Shown: one piece after another, positions 37,019 to 45,642 of the stretch
Position numbering within the stretch: position 1 is the first letter of the stretch
Layout: every line of letters starts with the position of its first letter
Origin: an uncultured Actinomycetota bacterium
GTDB taxonomy: Bacteria; Actinomycetota; Actinomycetes; Mycobacteriales; Micromonosporaceae
DNA: 64,000 nt
NCBI GenBank assembly: GCA_963837285.1
Contig: CAWIMS010000005.1
Span: 1,844,437-1,908,436 of the forward strand
Reading direction: 5' to 3'
Program-made: the position numbers and the translations under genes
Notes under the pieces: model-generated
Database searches by the model: none
What the model saw: only the letters and a program-made list of their open reading frames with translations
What the model was told of the DNA's origin: nothing

Positions 37019-38926
37019 TCACGGGAACGGATGCGGGTGCGGGTTGATGTCGGCCACGGTGAGCGTACGGTCACGGTACCCGAGCCGGTGTGGCACCTCG
37101 AACAGGCGGGGTAGGCCGTCCACCCTCCGGGCGCGGTGCCCGAACGTCATCGGCAGGGTGCCGGGGACGATCGCCTTCACGCAGGCGAAGCCTCCGGCGC
37201 GGTGTTCGGGTGTGGTCTGGTCCACCACGACGACGTCGAGGCCGTCACCGAGATAGCGGCCGAGCAGTTCGTCCAGGTCGGCGCGCAGGTCGTCGTGGTG
37301 GGGCCAGTGCCAGGTGCCGGCGAAGTCGCCGAACGGGCGGGGCTCGGCGTCGAGCAGGAAGTCGAAGCGCCCGAAGGCCTCCGGGTGGTTGTAGAGCAGC
37401 GCATGGTCGTCCATGACGCGTACCAGGTCGGGATCGCGCACCATGGCGGCGGCCCGGTCCCGGTCACGCGGGTAGGTCAGCAGCCGGTACTCGATCATCA
37501 TCGCCAGTTCCTGCAACGCGTTGACCACGCCGCGTTCCGGCGTGAGCGCGGAACCGCCGGCGCACATGGCCTTCGGGCGGTCCGGGTCGCCGGACCCGTC
37601 GACGGCCATCACCCAGAAGGACGGGATGCGCTGTTCAAGGGTGTCCGTGAAGACGAGGACCTGATAGCCGGTGTGATGGCGGATCCGTTCGACGATCAGG
37701 CCGATCCGCGGGCCGGCGGCGCTGGCCGGGTCGAGTCGCGGCACCGGCATCCGGGCGTACCAGGTCATCAGGAACGCGTCGCGTTCGGCGATCTCGACCA
37801 GGCCGTGGATGACGGCCTCCTCCAGGCAGCTGCCGAGGGCGCAGCCGTTGGAGATCTCGTAGACGAACGGCCGGTGCTCGGGCGGCCCACCGCCGTGCCG
37901 CCGGTGCAGGCCGTAGTACACATAGGACTCCGGTACCAGTACCGGCCGGCCGCTACCGAAGGAATAGCCCCACACCCAGTTCATGACCAGCTCGTCGTGG
38001 TAGGGCTGGAAGGGGAAGTCCGCGGTCGCGTACCGGTCCGGCGGGTACAGGCCGAGGGCTACCGGGTCGAGCGCCTCGCCGACCAGCTCCCGATGGCAGC
38101 CCCGCACGACGGTACGCCGGCCACCGGGCCGGACGCCGCCCATCCGTTCGAGCGCCTCGGCGATCGCGGTGAGCCGGGAGCTGCCGAAGTCGAGGGTACG
38201 CCCGTAGCCTTCCTCGCTGGCCGCGCCGCCCGCCCGGTGTGCCGTCACCATCGGCAGCAGGTAGTCGCCGCTGGGCCGCAGTGGATTGAGCAGCCCGGTC
38301 TCGGCGTCGACGTAGGAGGCGAGCAGCTCCGGTTCGACCGCGGCGAGATCCCGGATCCGTACCGTCGACGGCGACACCTTCGGCAGCGACCGTGGCACCA
38401 CCACCGCGGCGGCGGGGGTGTCGGCGGGCAGGCCGCCGCAGGCCGGGCAATCGGGGTCGGGCAGGAACCGGTGTACCCGTACCCCCAGCGTGGCGAGGTC
38501 GAGCATGACCGCCGCGCCGTCGACGCGGCTGGTCCGCCCGGCGGACCATGCGGCGACCTCACGTGCCACGATCGCGGCGGCGGCGTCGACAGCCAGCGGG
38601 CCGAGCAGCGGAGACACTGTCCGGGGCAGGGCGTCCTCGTGCGCTGACGGCAGGTCGCCGAACCCACGGGCGGCGGCGCGGCGGCGGCGCAGGCACGCCC
38701 TGCACCCGGCGACCCCGGGCCGGACCAGCGGCCCGATCACGATCCGGTCCAGCTCGCCCTGGACCGGCAGCCACGGCGTGCGGTCAGCGGTCGCCCACAC
38801 CGCTTCGGTACCCGCGACCGTGTCGCCCGCCACGATGGTAAGTGGGCGCTCTGTCCACTCCGGACGGAGAACGGGCACGAGTGCGTCGTAGAGGTCTCCC
38901 GAGCCGACGACGGTCACTGTGGTCAT
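37019..38926 (-). CDS. Fused E1-like/YcaO cyclodehydratase (PatD/TruD-type)
   Basis: 635 aa. The N-terminal half has Cys pairs (GCRACLRRR, DPDCPACGG). YcaO motifs SSRLTAIAEALERMGG and GLVEIAERDAFLMTWY. ATGA overlap with the upstream gene at 38923-38926. Confidence 0.9.
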   Translation of the reverse strand: MTTVTVVGSGDLYDALVPVLRPEWTERPLTIVAGDTVAGTEAVWATADRTPWLPVQGELDRIVIGPLVRPGVAGCRACLRRRRAAARGFGDLPSAHEDALPRTVSPLLGPLAVDAAAAIVAREVAAWSAGRTSRVDGAAVMLDLATLGVRVHRFLPDPDCPACGGLPADTPAAAVVVPRSLPKVSPSTVRIRDLAAVEPELLASYVDAETGLLNPLRPSGDYLLPMVTAHRAGGAASEEGYGRTLDFGSSRLTAIAEALERMGGVRPGGRRTVVRGCHRELVGEALDPVALGLYPPDRYATADFPFQPYHDELVMNWVWGYSFGSGRPVLVPESYVYYGLHRRHGGGPPEHRPFVYEISNGCALGSCLEEAVIHGLVEIAERDAFLMTWYARMPVPRLDPASAAGPRIGLIVERIRHHTGYQVLVFTDTLEQRIPSFWVMAVDGSGDPDRPKAMCAGGSALTPERGVVNALQELAMMIEYRLLTYPRDRDRAAAMVRDPDLVRVMDDHALLYNHPEAFGRFDFLLDAEPRPFGDFAGTWHWPHHDDLRADLDELLGRYLGDGLDVVVVDQTTPEHRAGGFACVKAIVPGTLPMTFGHRARRVDGLPRLFEVPHRLGYRDRTLTVADINPHPHPFP

Positions 38927-39924
38927 GCCGGTCCCTCCTCATCGCACAGGTCCGCGGCGGCGAGGGCGGCCAGGCCACGCAGGAACCGTTCCTCCGCAAG
39001 CCCGATGCCGAGCCGGTTGCACAGCAGGTGGGCGCAGTTGTCGATGGCGAACGCGGTGGCCGGCAACGGCATCCCGGTGGACGCTGCCAGGCCGGTCGGC
39101 GTGAACCGGTCAGACGCCTCCAGGCCCGCGAGGGTGCGCCACAGGTCGTCGACCGACCGGCACCACCCGTCCAGAAACGTGTCGCCGGTCGTCCCGGGAC
39201 CGCGTACCCGGCGGGCCACGGCCGCGAGAGTGGCGCGGCGCTTCTGGTACACCGCCGCGTCCCGGGCGGTGTCGTCGGCCGTGGACACGGCCTGTGCCCA
39301 GATCCGGCGGGTCCGGTCGAGCCGCCGCGCGAGGTGGGCCGGGTCGGACTCGCCAGCCAGCAGCGCCCCGAAGGCGAGCACCCGGCGGCGCTCGGCGGGC
39401 ACCTTCCGGCCGACCAGGTCCAGCGCGAGGTCGCTGGAGCGCTCGAAGTGCCGTTCGACGGCCGCGAGCGGGGCGCCGGTGCCGTACTTGTGGTGCTCGG
39501 GTCGGTACTCGAAAACCCGCAGAGAGTTGTTGGACTGCAAGGGAAGGTCGGGCTCGCCCGGCTCGGCGCGGTCAAGCACGCGAGCCTGCCGCGCGTATTC
39601 CTCGGGTGACAGCGTGTCGGCCGACGGGTGCACAGCGAAGAACCGGTGGCTGTGCCGACGAGCAGCGGTGCGAACATCGGTCGCACCGCTGCCGTCGTGC
39701 GGCAGCAGGCGCAGTCGAATGTGCGGACCGCCCCGCCAGTACCGCAGGAAGAAATACCGGGCGAGCAGGTTACCCTCCCGCAACTCGGCTACCAGCGGAA
39801 GCACCAGCTCGCGAAGCAACAGATCCGACGAACCCTGGTAGAACAGATGAACGCTCAGCCAGCCACGCCGGGATGGTGCGTCGGCTGGATCCGGCCGCAC
39901 CGCCGTCGGGATGTCTGGTCGCAC
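38923..39924 (-). CDS. LanB C-terminal-like protein (thiopeptide-type bacteriocin biosynthesis domain): glutamate-elimination enzyme or [4+2] pyridine synthase
   Basis: WLSVHLFYQGSSDLLLRELVLPLVAELREGNLLARYFFLRYWRGGPHIRLRL is the signature N-terminal block of the Lant_dehydr_C family. GTG start lies 34 nt after the precursor stop. Confidence 0.8.
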   Translation of the reverse strand: MRPDIPTAVRPDPADAPSRRGWLSVHLFYQGSSDLLLRELVLPLVAELREGNLLARYFFLRYWRGGPHIRLRLLPHDGSGATDVRTAARRHSHRFFAVHPSADTLSPEEYARQARVLDRAEPGEPDLPLQSNNSLRVFEYRPEHHKYGTGAPLAAVERHFERSSDLALDLVGRKVPAERRRVLAFGALLAGESDPAHLARRLDRTRRIWAQAVSTADDTARDAAVYQKRRATLAAVARRVRGPGTTGDTFLDGWCRSVDDLWRTLAGLEASDRFTPTGLAASTGMPLPATAFAIDNCAHLLCNRLGIGLAEERFLRGLAALAAADLCDEEGPA

Positions 39925-39958
39925 GTTTCTATCCGGGTTCCGGTGCCGTTCGGATCAA

Positions 39959-40129
39959 TCAGCAGCAGTAGCAGCTGCAACACAACAGGGGCGGCAGCAC
40001 GAAGGAGGCACCCACCTCGGGCATGCTGTAGCCAGCGGTCAGAGAGTCTTCCCAGGAATCACCTTCGACGCCGAGTGGTTCCAGCGTGAGGTCTTCCAGG
40101 GCGTCGGCGAACGCCTTGTCAACGGGCAT
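39959..40129 (-). CDS. Thiopeptide-type RiPP precursor peptide (56 aa): MPVDKAFADALEDLTLEPLGVEGDSWEDSLTAGYSMPEVGA / SFVLPPLLCCSCYCC
   Basis: This is the internal ATG 40129 of track ORF 39959..40309, preceded by GAGGAGGG with a 7-nt spacer. Acidic leader and a Cys-rich C-terminus (6 Cys, 2 Ser in the last 15 aa). It is first in the minus-strand RiPP operon. Confidence 0.85.
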   Translation of the reverse strand: MPVDKAFADALEDLTLEPLGVEGDSWEDSLTAGYSMPEVGASFVLPPLLCCSCYCC

Positions 40130-40203
40130 GGTTGCACCCTCCTCAATCAGAGGCGGCGGCCGCGGAGTGCGGCCGATGACAATTGCCGGAGGGTACTGAC
40201 GCA

Positions 40204-40220
40204 ATTGACGAGGGGTCAAT
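40204..40220. promoter_or_regulatory. Palindrome ATTGAC-N5-GTCAAT in the divergent RiPP promoter region
   Basis: Read directly from the sequence. It lies in the 332-nt lower-GC intergenic region between the precursor (-) and the ThiF-like gene (+). Confidence 0.25.
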
Positions 40221-40461
40221 GGAATCACTTGACCGACGACTCTTGGTGGCGAATGAACACATGCCGCTCCGGACGTGCGGTTATGTTCAACAAATGGCAT
40301 GGTCCACAAAGGACTCTGCCCATAAGGTCTGCCCGATAGGGAAAGACGGTCGCAACCATTCGAACAAGCTTCGAGCCAGGGACAACACGGCAGGGTTGAC
40401 GTCAGCGGATCTGGTAGCCCATATTCGGCCGTGCTGGCGATTCGGCATTCCTGGAGTTCCC

Positions 40462-41424
40462 GTGAAACCGAGACTGGCCGACGACGTCCATTTCCTGCCC
40501 CGCCCCGATGGAGTATTCGTTCTGCTCACCTCGCAGCCGGATCGCGGTTTCGGGATCAGCGGCCGGCATGCGTACGAGTGGCTGACCCGCATCGCCCCGT
40601 TCCTCACCGGTGAACATGACCTGGACGCGCTCCTGGGTGGCGTCGGCGAGCAGCGGCGGGAGCGCGTCCGGGCGCTGATCGCGAGACTCCATAGTGGAGG
40701 CGCCCTTCGCGACGCGTCCGGTGACCTCCCGCACAGCCTGCCCGGGGAGGTCCGCGACCGGTACGCCCCGGTGATCGGCTTCATCGGCCGCGGTGCCGAC
40801 TCGCCGGAGCACCGGTTCCAGCGCTACCGGGAGTGCCACCCGGTCGTCGTCGGCTCCGGGCTGCTGGTCGCGCCGTTGGTGCAGGCGCTGCTGACGACCG
40901 GGGTGACACAGGTACAGGTGATCCGGACCGCCGACCAGCCAATCGACCTGGACCGGATGCGCGACTGCCTGGCGCTGGTGGGGCCCGACGCGTGGGAGCG
41001 GGTACGGGTCGGGACCGGGGACCCGACCGGCGCGCTGGCCGCCGCCGGCGGCGTCCTCCACGTCAGCGACGTCCCCGACCCGGACCGCAGGGACCGGCTG
41101 GTCGCGTCGGGTGCCGCACGCGGACGGATCTTCGGCTCGGCCACCGTCGACGGTGACGTGGCGCTGATCGGCCCGGTGGGCGACGCCGCACGCCTGAGCC
41201 CCGGCGCCGCGTGCCCGAGCCCCGGCCCGGAAACGGCCGCGTCCCCCACCGGGTCCGTCAGCGACCTCCTCGCGGGTCCGGTGCCCGCGCTCGTCGCCAA
41301 CCACCTCTGCGCGGCGTTCCTCAAGCAGGTCACCGGGCTGCCGAACGACGCGGCGGAGCGGATCGTCGAGCTCGACCTGGAGACGTTGCGCACCCGCGTA
41401 CGACCGGTGGTCACGACGCCATGA
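40462..41424 (+). CDS. Ocin-ThiF-like/E1-like protein (short form; probable leader-binding partner)
   Basis: ORF 40183..41424 with GTG 40462. HRFQRYRECHPVVVGSGLLVAPLVQALLTTGVTQVQVI is paralogous to the N-terminal half of the 47324..49333 product (RFQRYRNSPVLVVGAGAALVTLL). Confidence 0.65.
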   Translation: MKPRLADDVHFLPRPDGVFVLLTSQPDRGFGISGRHAYEWLTRIAPFLTGEHDLDALLGGVGEQRRERVRALIARLHSGGALRDASGDLPHSLPGEVRDRYAPVIGFIGRGADSPEHRFQRYRECHPVVVGSGLLVAPLVQALLTTGVTQVQVIRTADQPIDLDRMRDCLALVGPDAWERVRVGTGDPTGALAAAGGVLHVSDVPDPDRRDRLVASGAARGRIFGSATVDGDVALIGPVGDAARLSPGAACPSPGPETAASPTGSVSDLLAGPVPALVANHLCAAFLKQVTGLPNDAAERIVELDLETLRTRVRPVVTTP

Positions 41425-43001
41425 CCAGCACGGTGGACGGCACGGTGGACGGCACGGCGACCGGGTACTGGCACGACGCGATCTACGACCCACTCGGCAC
41501 GCTGCTCGACGGCGTCGAGGACCGCAACGTCAAAGAAGGCGATCCCGGCGAGCCGCTGCGGCACAAGACGTACCCTGGCCTGCCCCGCCGGGCGCTGCCA
41601 CCACCCGCGCTGACCTTGTGCACACCGCCGGCCGGGGCGTGGCTCGGCACCTTCCTCTACTACTCCTACGGCGTCCATCGCCACGACCCGGAGCCGGGCA
41701 GTTGGCCGTACCACCGGCTGGTGCCGTCCGCCCGTTGCTTCTTCCCGACCGAGTTCTACCTCGCGCTGGCGCCCGGCCGCGACGACGGTGACGAGGGAGT
41801 GCACTACTACGACCCGATGCACCACACGCTCGTCCGGCTCCGCGACGGCGACCACCGCGGCGTCCTTGCCGACGCCACCGGCGCGGACCTGAGCGGCGCC
41901 GCCGCCGTGGTGGTGCTGTCCGCGCTGTTCTGGAAGACCGCTTTCCGGTACCGCGACTACGCCTACCGGCTGTGCGCCCAGGAGGCGGGCCTGGTCGCCG
42001 GCAACGTCCTGCTGGTGGCCGAGGCGCTGGGGATGTCGGCGCACGTCCACTTCCTCTTCCGGGACCGGTCGGTGCACCGGCTGCTGGGCCTGCGGGAACC
42101 GGCCGAGAACGCCTTCGCCGTCGTCGCCCTGTACCCGTGTGACGCGAGCGGGCGCGGCCGGCCGCTGCGGCCCGCGCCGGCAGGTGCCGGCGACGCCGCC
42201 GAGGCCCTGCCGGACCTGCGCACCGTCCACGGTGAACCGTCCGGGTACGACGCCGATGCGGTGCCGGTGTTGACCCGCGTCAGCCGGGCCGCCCTCATGC
42301 CGACGGCCGCCTCGCCGGTCGGCGGCGTGGGGATCCGGCCCGCGCGACCGCCCGCGACGACCCCGGTCCTGACGGCACCGGTCGACCCGCCCGCCGGCAC
42401 GGACGCCGACCTGGCTGGCGCGCTGCGGGCCCGCGACTCCGGCCCCGGCTACCTGGCCTTCCGGCCGGCCGACGTGCCGGCGGAAGCCGTGTGGCGCATC
42501 GTCCGCGACGTGACCCGCCCGTACCCGTGCGATGTCGCCGCACCCTCCGGCGAGCCCGTGACCGACTGCCACCTGGTGGTCCGGTCGGCCACCGGCATCG
42601 CGGCGGGCGTCTACCGGGTGACGTCCGGGGTTGCCCTGGAGGCCCACCGCATCGGGCCGGTCGACGAGGTACTGCACGACATCGCCCTGGCCGACTTCAC
42701 GATGTCCACGGTGGACTTCGCCGGTGCCCCGCTGACCGCGTTCGTGTCCGTACCTCGCCGTGCCGCGGACGTTCTCGGAGCGCGTGGCTTCCGGATCCTC
42801 AGCCAGGCCGCCGGCATCGCCGCTCAGCGGATCTGTGTGGCGAGCGCGTACAGCGGGCTGGTGGCGCGGGTCCACAACGGATACTCCGCGGTGGCGGCGG
42901 AGCGGTGGCTCGGGCTGGCAGACGGCGACACGGTGCTGTTCCAGATCGCGATCGGCGCCGCGCGTCCCGCTCCGGCGCTCAAGCTCCCGGTGGTGTTCTG
43001 A
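41421..43001 (+). CDS. SagB-type FMN dehydrogenase (two nitroreductase-like halves), copy 1
   Basis: ATG 41421 forms an ATGA overlap with the upstream stop. HRLVPSARCFFPTEFYLAL...GVHYYDP and FRYRDYAYRLCAQEAGLVAGNVLLVAEALGM. Confidence 0.8.
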   Translation: MTSTVDGTVDGTATGYWHDAIYDPLGTLLDGVEDRNVKEGDPGEPLRHKTYPGLPRRALPPPALTLCTPPAGAWLGTFLYYSYGVHRHDPEPGSWPYHRLVPSARCFFPTEFYLALAPGRDDGDEGVHYYDPMHHTLVRLRDGDHRGVLADATGADLSGAAAVVVLSALFWKTAFRYRDYAYRLCAQEAGLVAGNVLLVAEALGMSAHVHFLFRDRSVHRLLGLREPAENAFAVVALYPCDASGRGRPLRPAPAGAGDAAEALPDLRTVHGEPSGYDADAVPVLTRVSRAALMPTAASPVGGVGIRPARPPATTPVLTAPVDPPAGTDADLAGALRARDSGPGYLAFRPADVPAEAVWRIVRDVTRPYPCDVAAPSGEPVTDCHLVVRSATGIAAGVYRVTSGVALEAHRIGPVDEVLHDIALADFTMSTVDFAGAPLTAFVSVPRRAADVLGARGFRILSQAAGIAAQRICVASAYSGLVARVHNGYSAVAAERWLGLADGDTVLFQIAIGAARPAPALKLPVVF

Positions 43002-43002
43002 G

Positions 43003-45642
43003 ATGGCCGGGGCCGGCGAGATCGGGGTGCGGATCGCCGGCCTGCCCGCCGCCGCGGTCGAGGGGCTGCGGTGCCCGGACGCGGCCGGCTGCGTCGGGGA
43101 GATCCTCGCCCTGGAGGACCGGCTCGACGCCGAGGCGCGGGCCATCTGTGCGGCCCTGTACGAACTGATCGGCGACGATCGGGGGCCCGGCGGCAAGCCC
43201 CGGCTCGTCGGCCTCCGGCGGGCGATCCACGCCGGCCGGCGTCCCACGGCGCACCTGGTCCACGAGGACGTGCAGCGGGCTCTCGCGCCGGAACTCGCGG
43301 ACCTGATCCGGTGCTGGGCGGGCCGGCTGGACCGGCGCGACGCGCTGTACCGGCAGTTGCCCGACCTGCTGCGCGCCGACGTCGACGCGGCCGCGGCCGC
43401 GCTCCGCGCGACGGTGGCGGGCCCGACCATGCAACTGGGGCTGGTGTACTCGCACCCCGCCATGTTCCGCGACGCCCGCCACTGGGTCGCGCGGTCCGGC
43501 GGTCGCCCGGCCGACAAGGTGGCCGTCCGGCTGGCCCGGTACGTGTCCCGCGCAGCCGCCAAGACCAGTCCCCTGACCACGTTCACTGCCAGCGGCCTCG
43601 GCGAGTGGCGGGACGGCGGTCCCCCGCTCGCGCTGTGCGACCGGTCCCCGCGCAGCGCCGTCGAACTCGATCTCACCGCCCTGCACCGGATGATTGTCGG
43701 GCTGGCCACCCGGCCCGCCACCGCCGGGCAGATGCTGGTCCGGGTCAACCCGACCGCGACCGTCGACGGCGACCAGGTGCGGTTCGTCGCGCCCGGTGGT
43801 TCGGGCACCGCACGCGCGGTGCGGCTCACGCCGGCCGTCGACGCGCTGTTGCTCCGCGTGCCGCCCGGGACGACCCGTGCGCAACTGCGCGACCGGCTCG
43901 CCACGGCCGTCGCCGACCCGGCGCACGCCGCCCGCGCCGACGAGTTCGTCGACCGGCTGCTGCGCGCCGGACTGCTCGAACTGCATCTGCCCATCGCCGA
44001 CCAGGCGCTGCATCCCCGAGCGGTCCTGGCCTGGTTGGACGGGCCGGCCCGGGACCTGTCCGGGGATCCGGAGGTCGCCCGGTTGCGCACCGTCCTGGGC
44101 CAGATCGCCGACCTGCTCGACGCGTACGCGGCGTCGGCCGACGCCACGCGGCGGCTCGCGTACCGGGAACGGATCGACGGCGCCGCCCGGGATCTCGCGG
44201 GGCGGGATGACCCGCCCGCCTTCTACGAGAACGCCGTGCTGCCCGGTACCTGCCTGACCGCCGACACCGGCCGGTGGGCGACCACAATGGACGACCTGGC
44301 CGCCGTGACGGAGTTCGGCCGGCTGTACGACCCCGGTCTGCCGGCGCGGCTGATGCTGCCCACGTACGTCGCCGAACGGTACGGCCCCGGCGCCGCGATC
44401 CCGTTCCTGTGCTTCTACGCCGCCTGGGAGGCGGAACTGCGCGACCGACCGCGCCCGGCGGACCGGCTGGTGGCGGCGGCCGACCTCGATCCGGCGCAGT
44501 TGTGGACCCGGTCCGGCCAGGCCGGCACGGTGGCACAGGATCTGACGACAAGCTCGATTCCCGACCTCGCCCGGTTGGGCCGGCTACGGCAGGCGGCCTC
44601 GGCACTCCTGGGCCGGGCACCGGTCGGCGCTGACGCGGCCGTCACGATCGCGCCCGGCGAACTGCGGCGAGCGGCCGCCGGCTGTCCCGGCGGCCCATCC
44701 CAGGCGGGGCAGCCGCTGTCGTGTTACGTGCAGCCCTACATCGCCGGTGGCCACACCCGGCTCGTCTTCAATTCGGCCCGGTTCGGCCTCGGCACCGGCC
44801 GTACCCGCATCCGGCACCTGGTCCGCACGGCGCACGGACCCGATGCGGTAGCGGACCCGTCCCAGCCACTGCCGGCACCCCACGACGGGCCGCTGTACGT
44901 GGAGGTCGAGTCGGCGTTCGGCTCCTCGCTCAACCAACGTGACCCGGCTGTCGACCTCGTCCTCGCGTACCCGGGCACGGTCAGCGCCCGGCCCGAGCGG
45001 TGCCGGGTGCCGCTCGGCGAGCTGCGGGTCGTCCACGATCCGTCGGCGGGACGGGTCCGTCTGGAGTGGACCCGTGCCGGCCGGGAGGTGCAGCCGGTCC
45101 ACCTCGGACTGCTGGCCGTGCCGATGCTGCCACCGGCGGTGCGTTTCCTGGTCGGCGCGTTCAGTGCGGCGTCGTACCTGTTCACACCGTCGCTGCTGGC
45201 GTGGAGCGAGGTCGCCGGAGCCACCCCGTTGGACATCCGTTCCTGGCCGCGCCTGCAGGCCGGCGGCGTGACCCTGCGCCGAGCCGGCTGGTGGGTGCCC
45301 TCGGCGCTGGTACCCCGGCGCGCTGCCGGCCAGTCGGACGCGGCCTACCTGCTGGACCTCGCACGCTGGCGGCGCCGGGTGGGGCTGCCGGAACGGTGCT
45401 TCGTCCGCGCCGCGGCGAGCGGCTGGCGAGCCGACGCCGCTCTGCTGGGCAAGGAGCGCAAGCCGATGTACGTCGACTTCGGCAGCTGGCACCTCGTCCG
45501 GGTGTTCGAACGGATGGCCGGCCCCGCCGACGTCGATATCACCGTCGAGGAGGCCCTGCCGGACCTCGCCGACCTGCCCCGCACCGAGTCGGGAGAGCGG
45601 CGCGTGGTGGAACTCGTCGTCGAGCTGCCCGGGTATCCATAG
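43003..45642 (+). CDS. Split LanB, N-terminal glutamylation-type lantibiotic dehydratase
   Basis: ATG 43003 lies 1 nt after the upstream stop. 879 aa. VSRAAAKTSPLTTFTASGLG matches the LanB (R..TPFG.FA)-type block. There is no GPHxRxR elimination block. Confidence 0.85.
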   Translation: MAGAGEIGVRIAGLPAAAVEGLRCPDAAGCVGEILALEDRLDAEARAICAALYELIGDDRGPGGKPRLVGLRRAIHAGRRPTAHLVHEDVQRALAPELADLIRCWAGRLDRRDALYRQLPDLLRADVDAAAAALRATVAGPTMQLGLVYSHPAMFRDARHWVARSGGRPADKVAVRLARYVSRAAAKTSPLTTFTASGLGEWRDGGPPLALCDRSPRSAVELDLTALHRMIVGLATRPATAGQMLVRVNPTATVDGDQVRFVAPGGSGTARAVRLTPAVDALLLRVPPGTTRAQLRDRLATAVADPAHAARADEFVDRLLRAGLLELHLPIADQALHPRAVLAWLDGPARDLSGDPEVARLRTVLGQIADLLDAYAASADATRRLAYRERIDGAARDLAGRDDPPAFYENAVLPGTCLTADTGRWATTMDDLAAVTEFGRLYDPGLPARLMLPTYVAERYGPGAAIPFLCFYAAWEAELRDRPRPADRLVAAADLDPAQLWTRSGQAGTVAQDLTTSSIPDLARLGRLRQAASALLGRAPVGADAAVTIAPGELRRAAAGCPGGPSQAGQPLSCYVQPYIAGGHTRLVFNSARFGLGTGRTRIRHLVRTAHGPDAVADPSQPLPAPHDGPLYVEVESAFGSSLNQRDPAVDLVLAYPGTVSARPERCRVPLGELRVVHDPSAGRVRLEWTRAGREVQPVHLGLLAVPMLPPAVRFLVGAFSAASYLFTPSLLAWSEVAGATPLDIRSWPRLQAGGVTLRRAGWWVPSALVPRRAAGQSDAAYLLDLARWRRRVGLPERCFVRAAASGWRADAALLGKERKPMYVDFGSWHLVRVFERMAGPADVDITVEEALPDLADLPRTESGERRVVELVVELPGYP

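Noticed and set aside
34831-37047. 738-aa ORF on the + strand
   Set aside because: It spans the DUF899 remnant in the wrong frame and is antisense to the Clp_N and methyltransferase genes. No domain pattern was seen.
39925-39958. Attenuator hairpin between the precursor and the downstream LanB-C-like gene
   Set aside because: Only a 5-bp stem (ATCCG/CGGAT) with a poorly paired interior could be drawn, which is too weak to call.
40130-40309. Longer 116-aa version of the precursor ORF starting at 40309
   Set aside because: The upstream 60 codons are Pro/Arg-rich and lie in the lower-GC promoter region. The internal ATG 40129 has a strong SD and gives a typical acidic leader.
40824-44147. 1107-aa ORF on the - strand
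   Set aside because: It is antisense to the ThiF-like, dehydrogenase and LanB genes. It is Arg/Ser/Ala/Pro-rich, while the plus-strand frames carry clear family motifs and coupled starts and stops.
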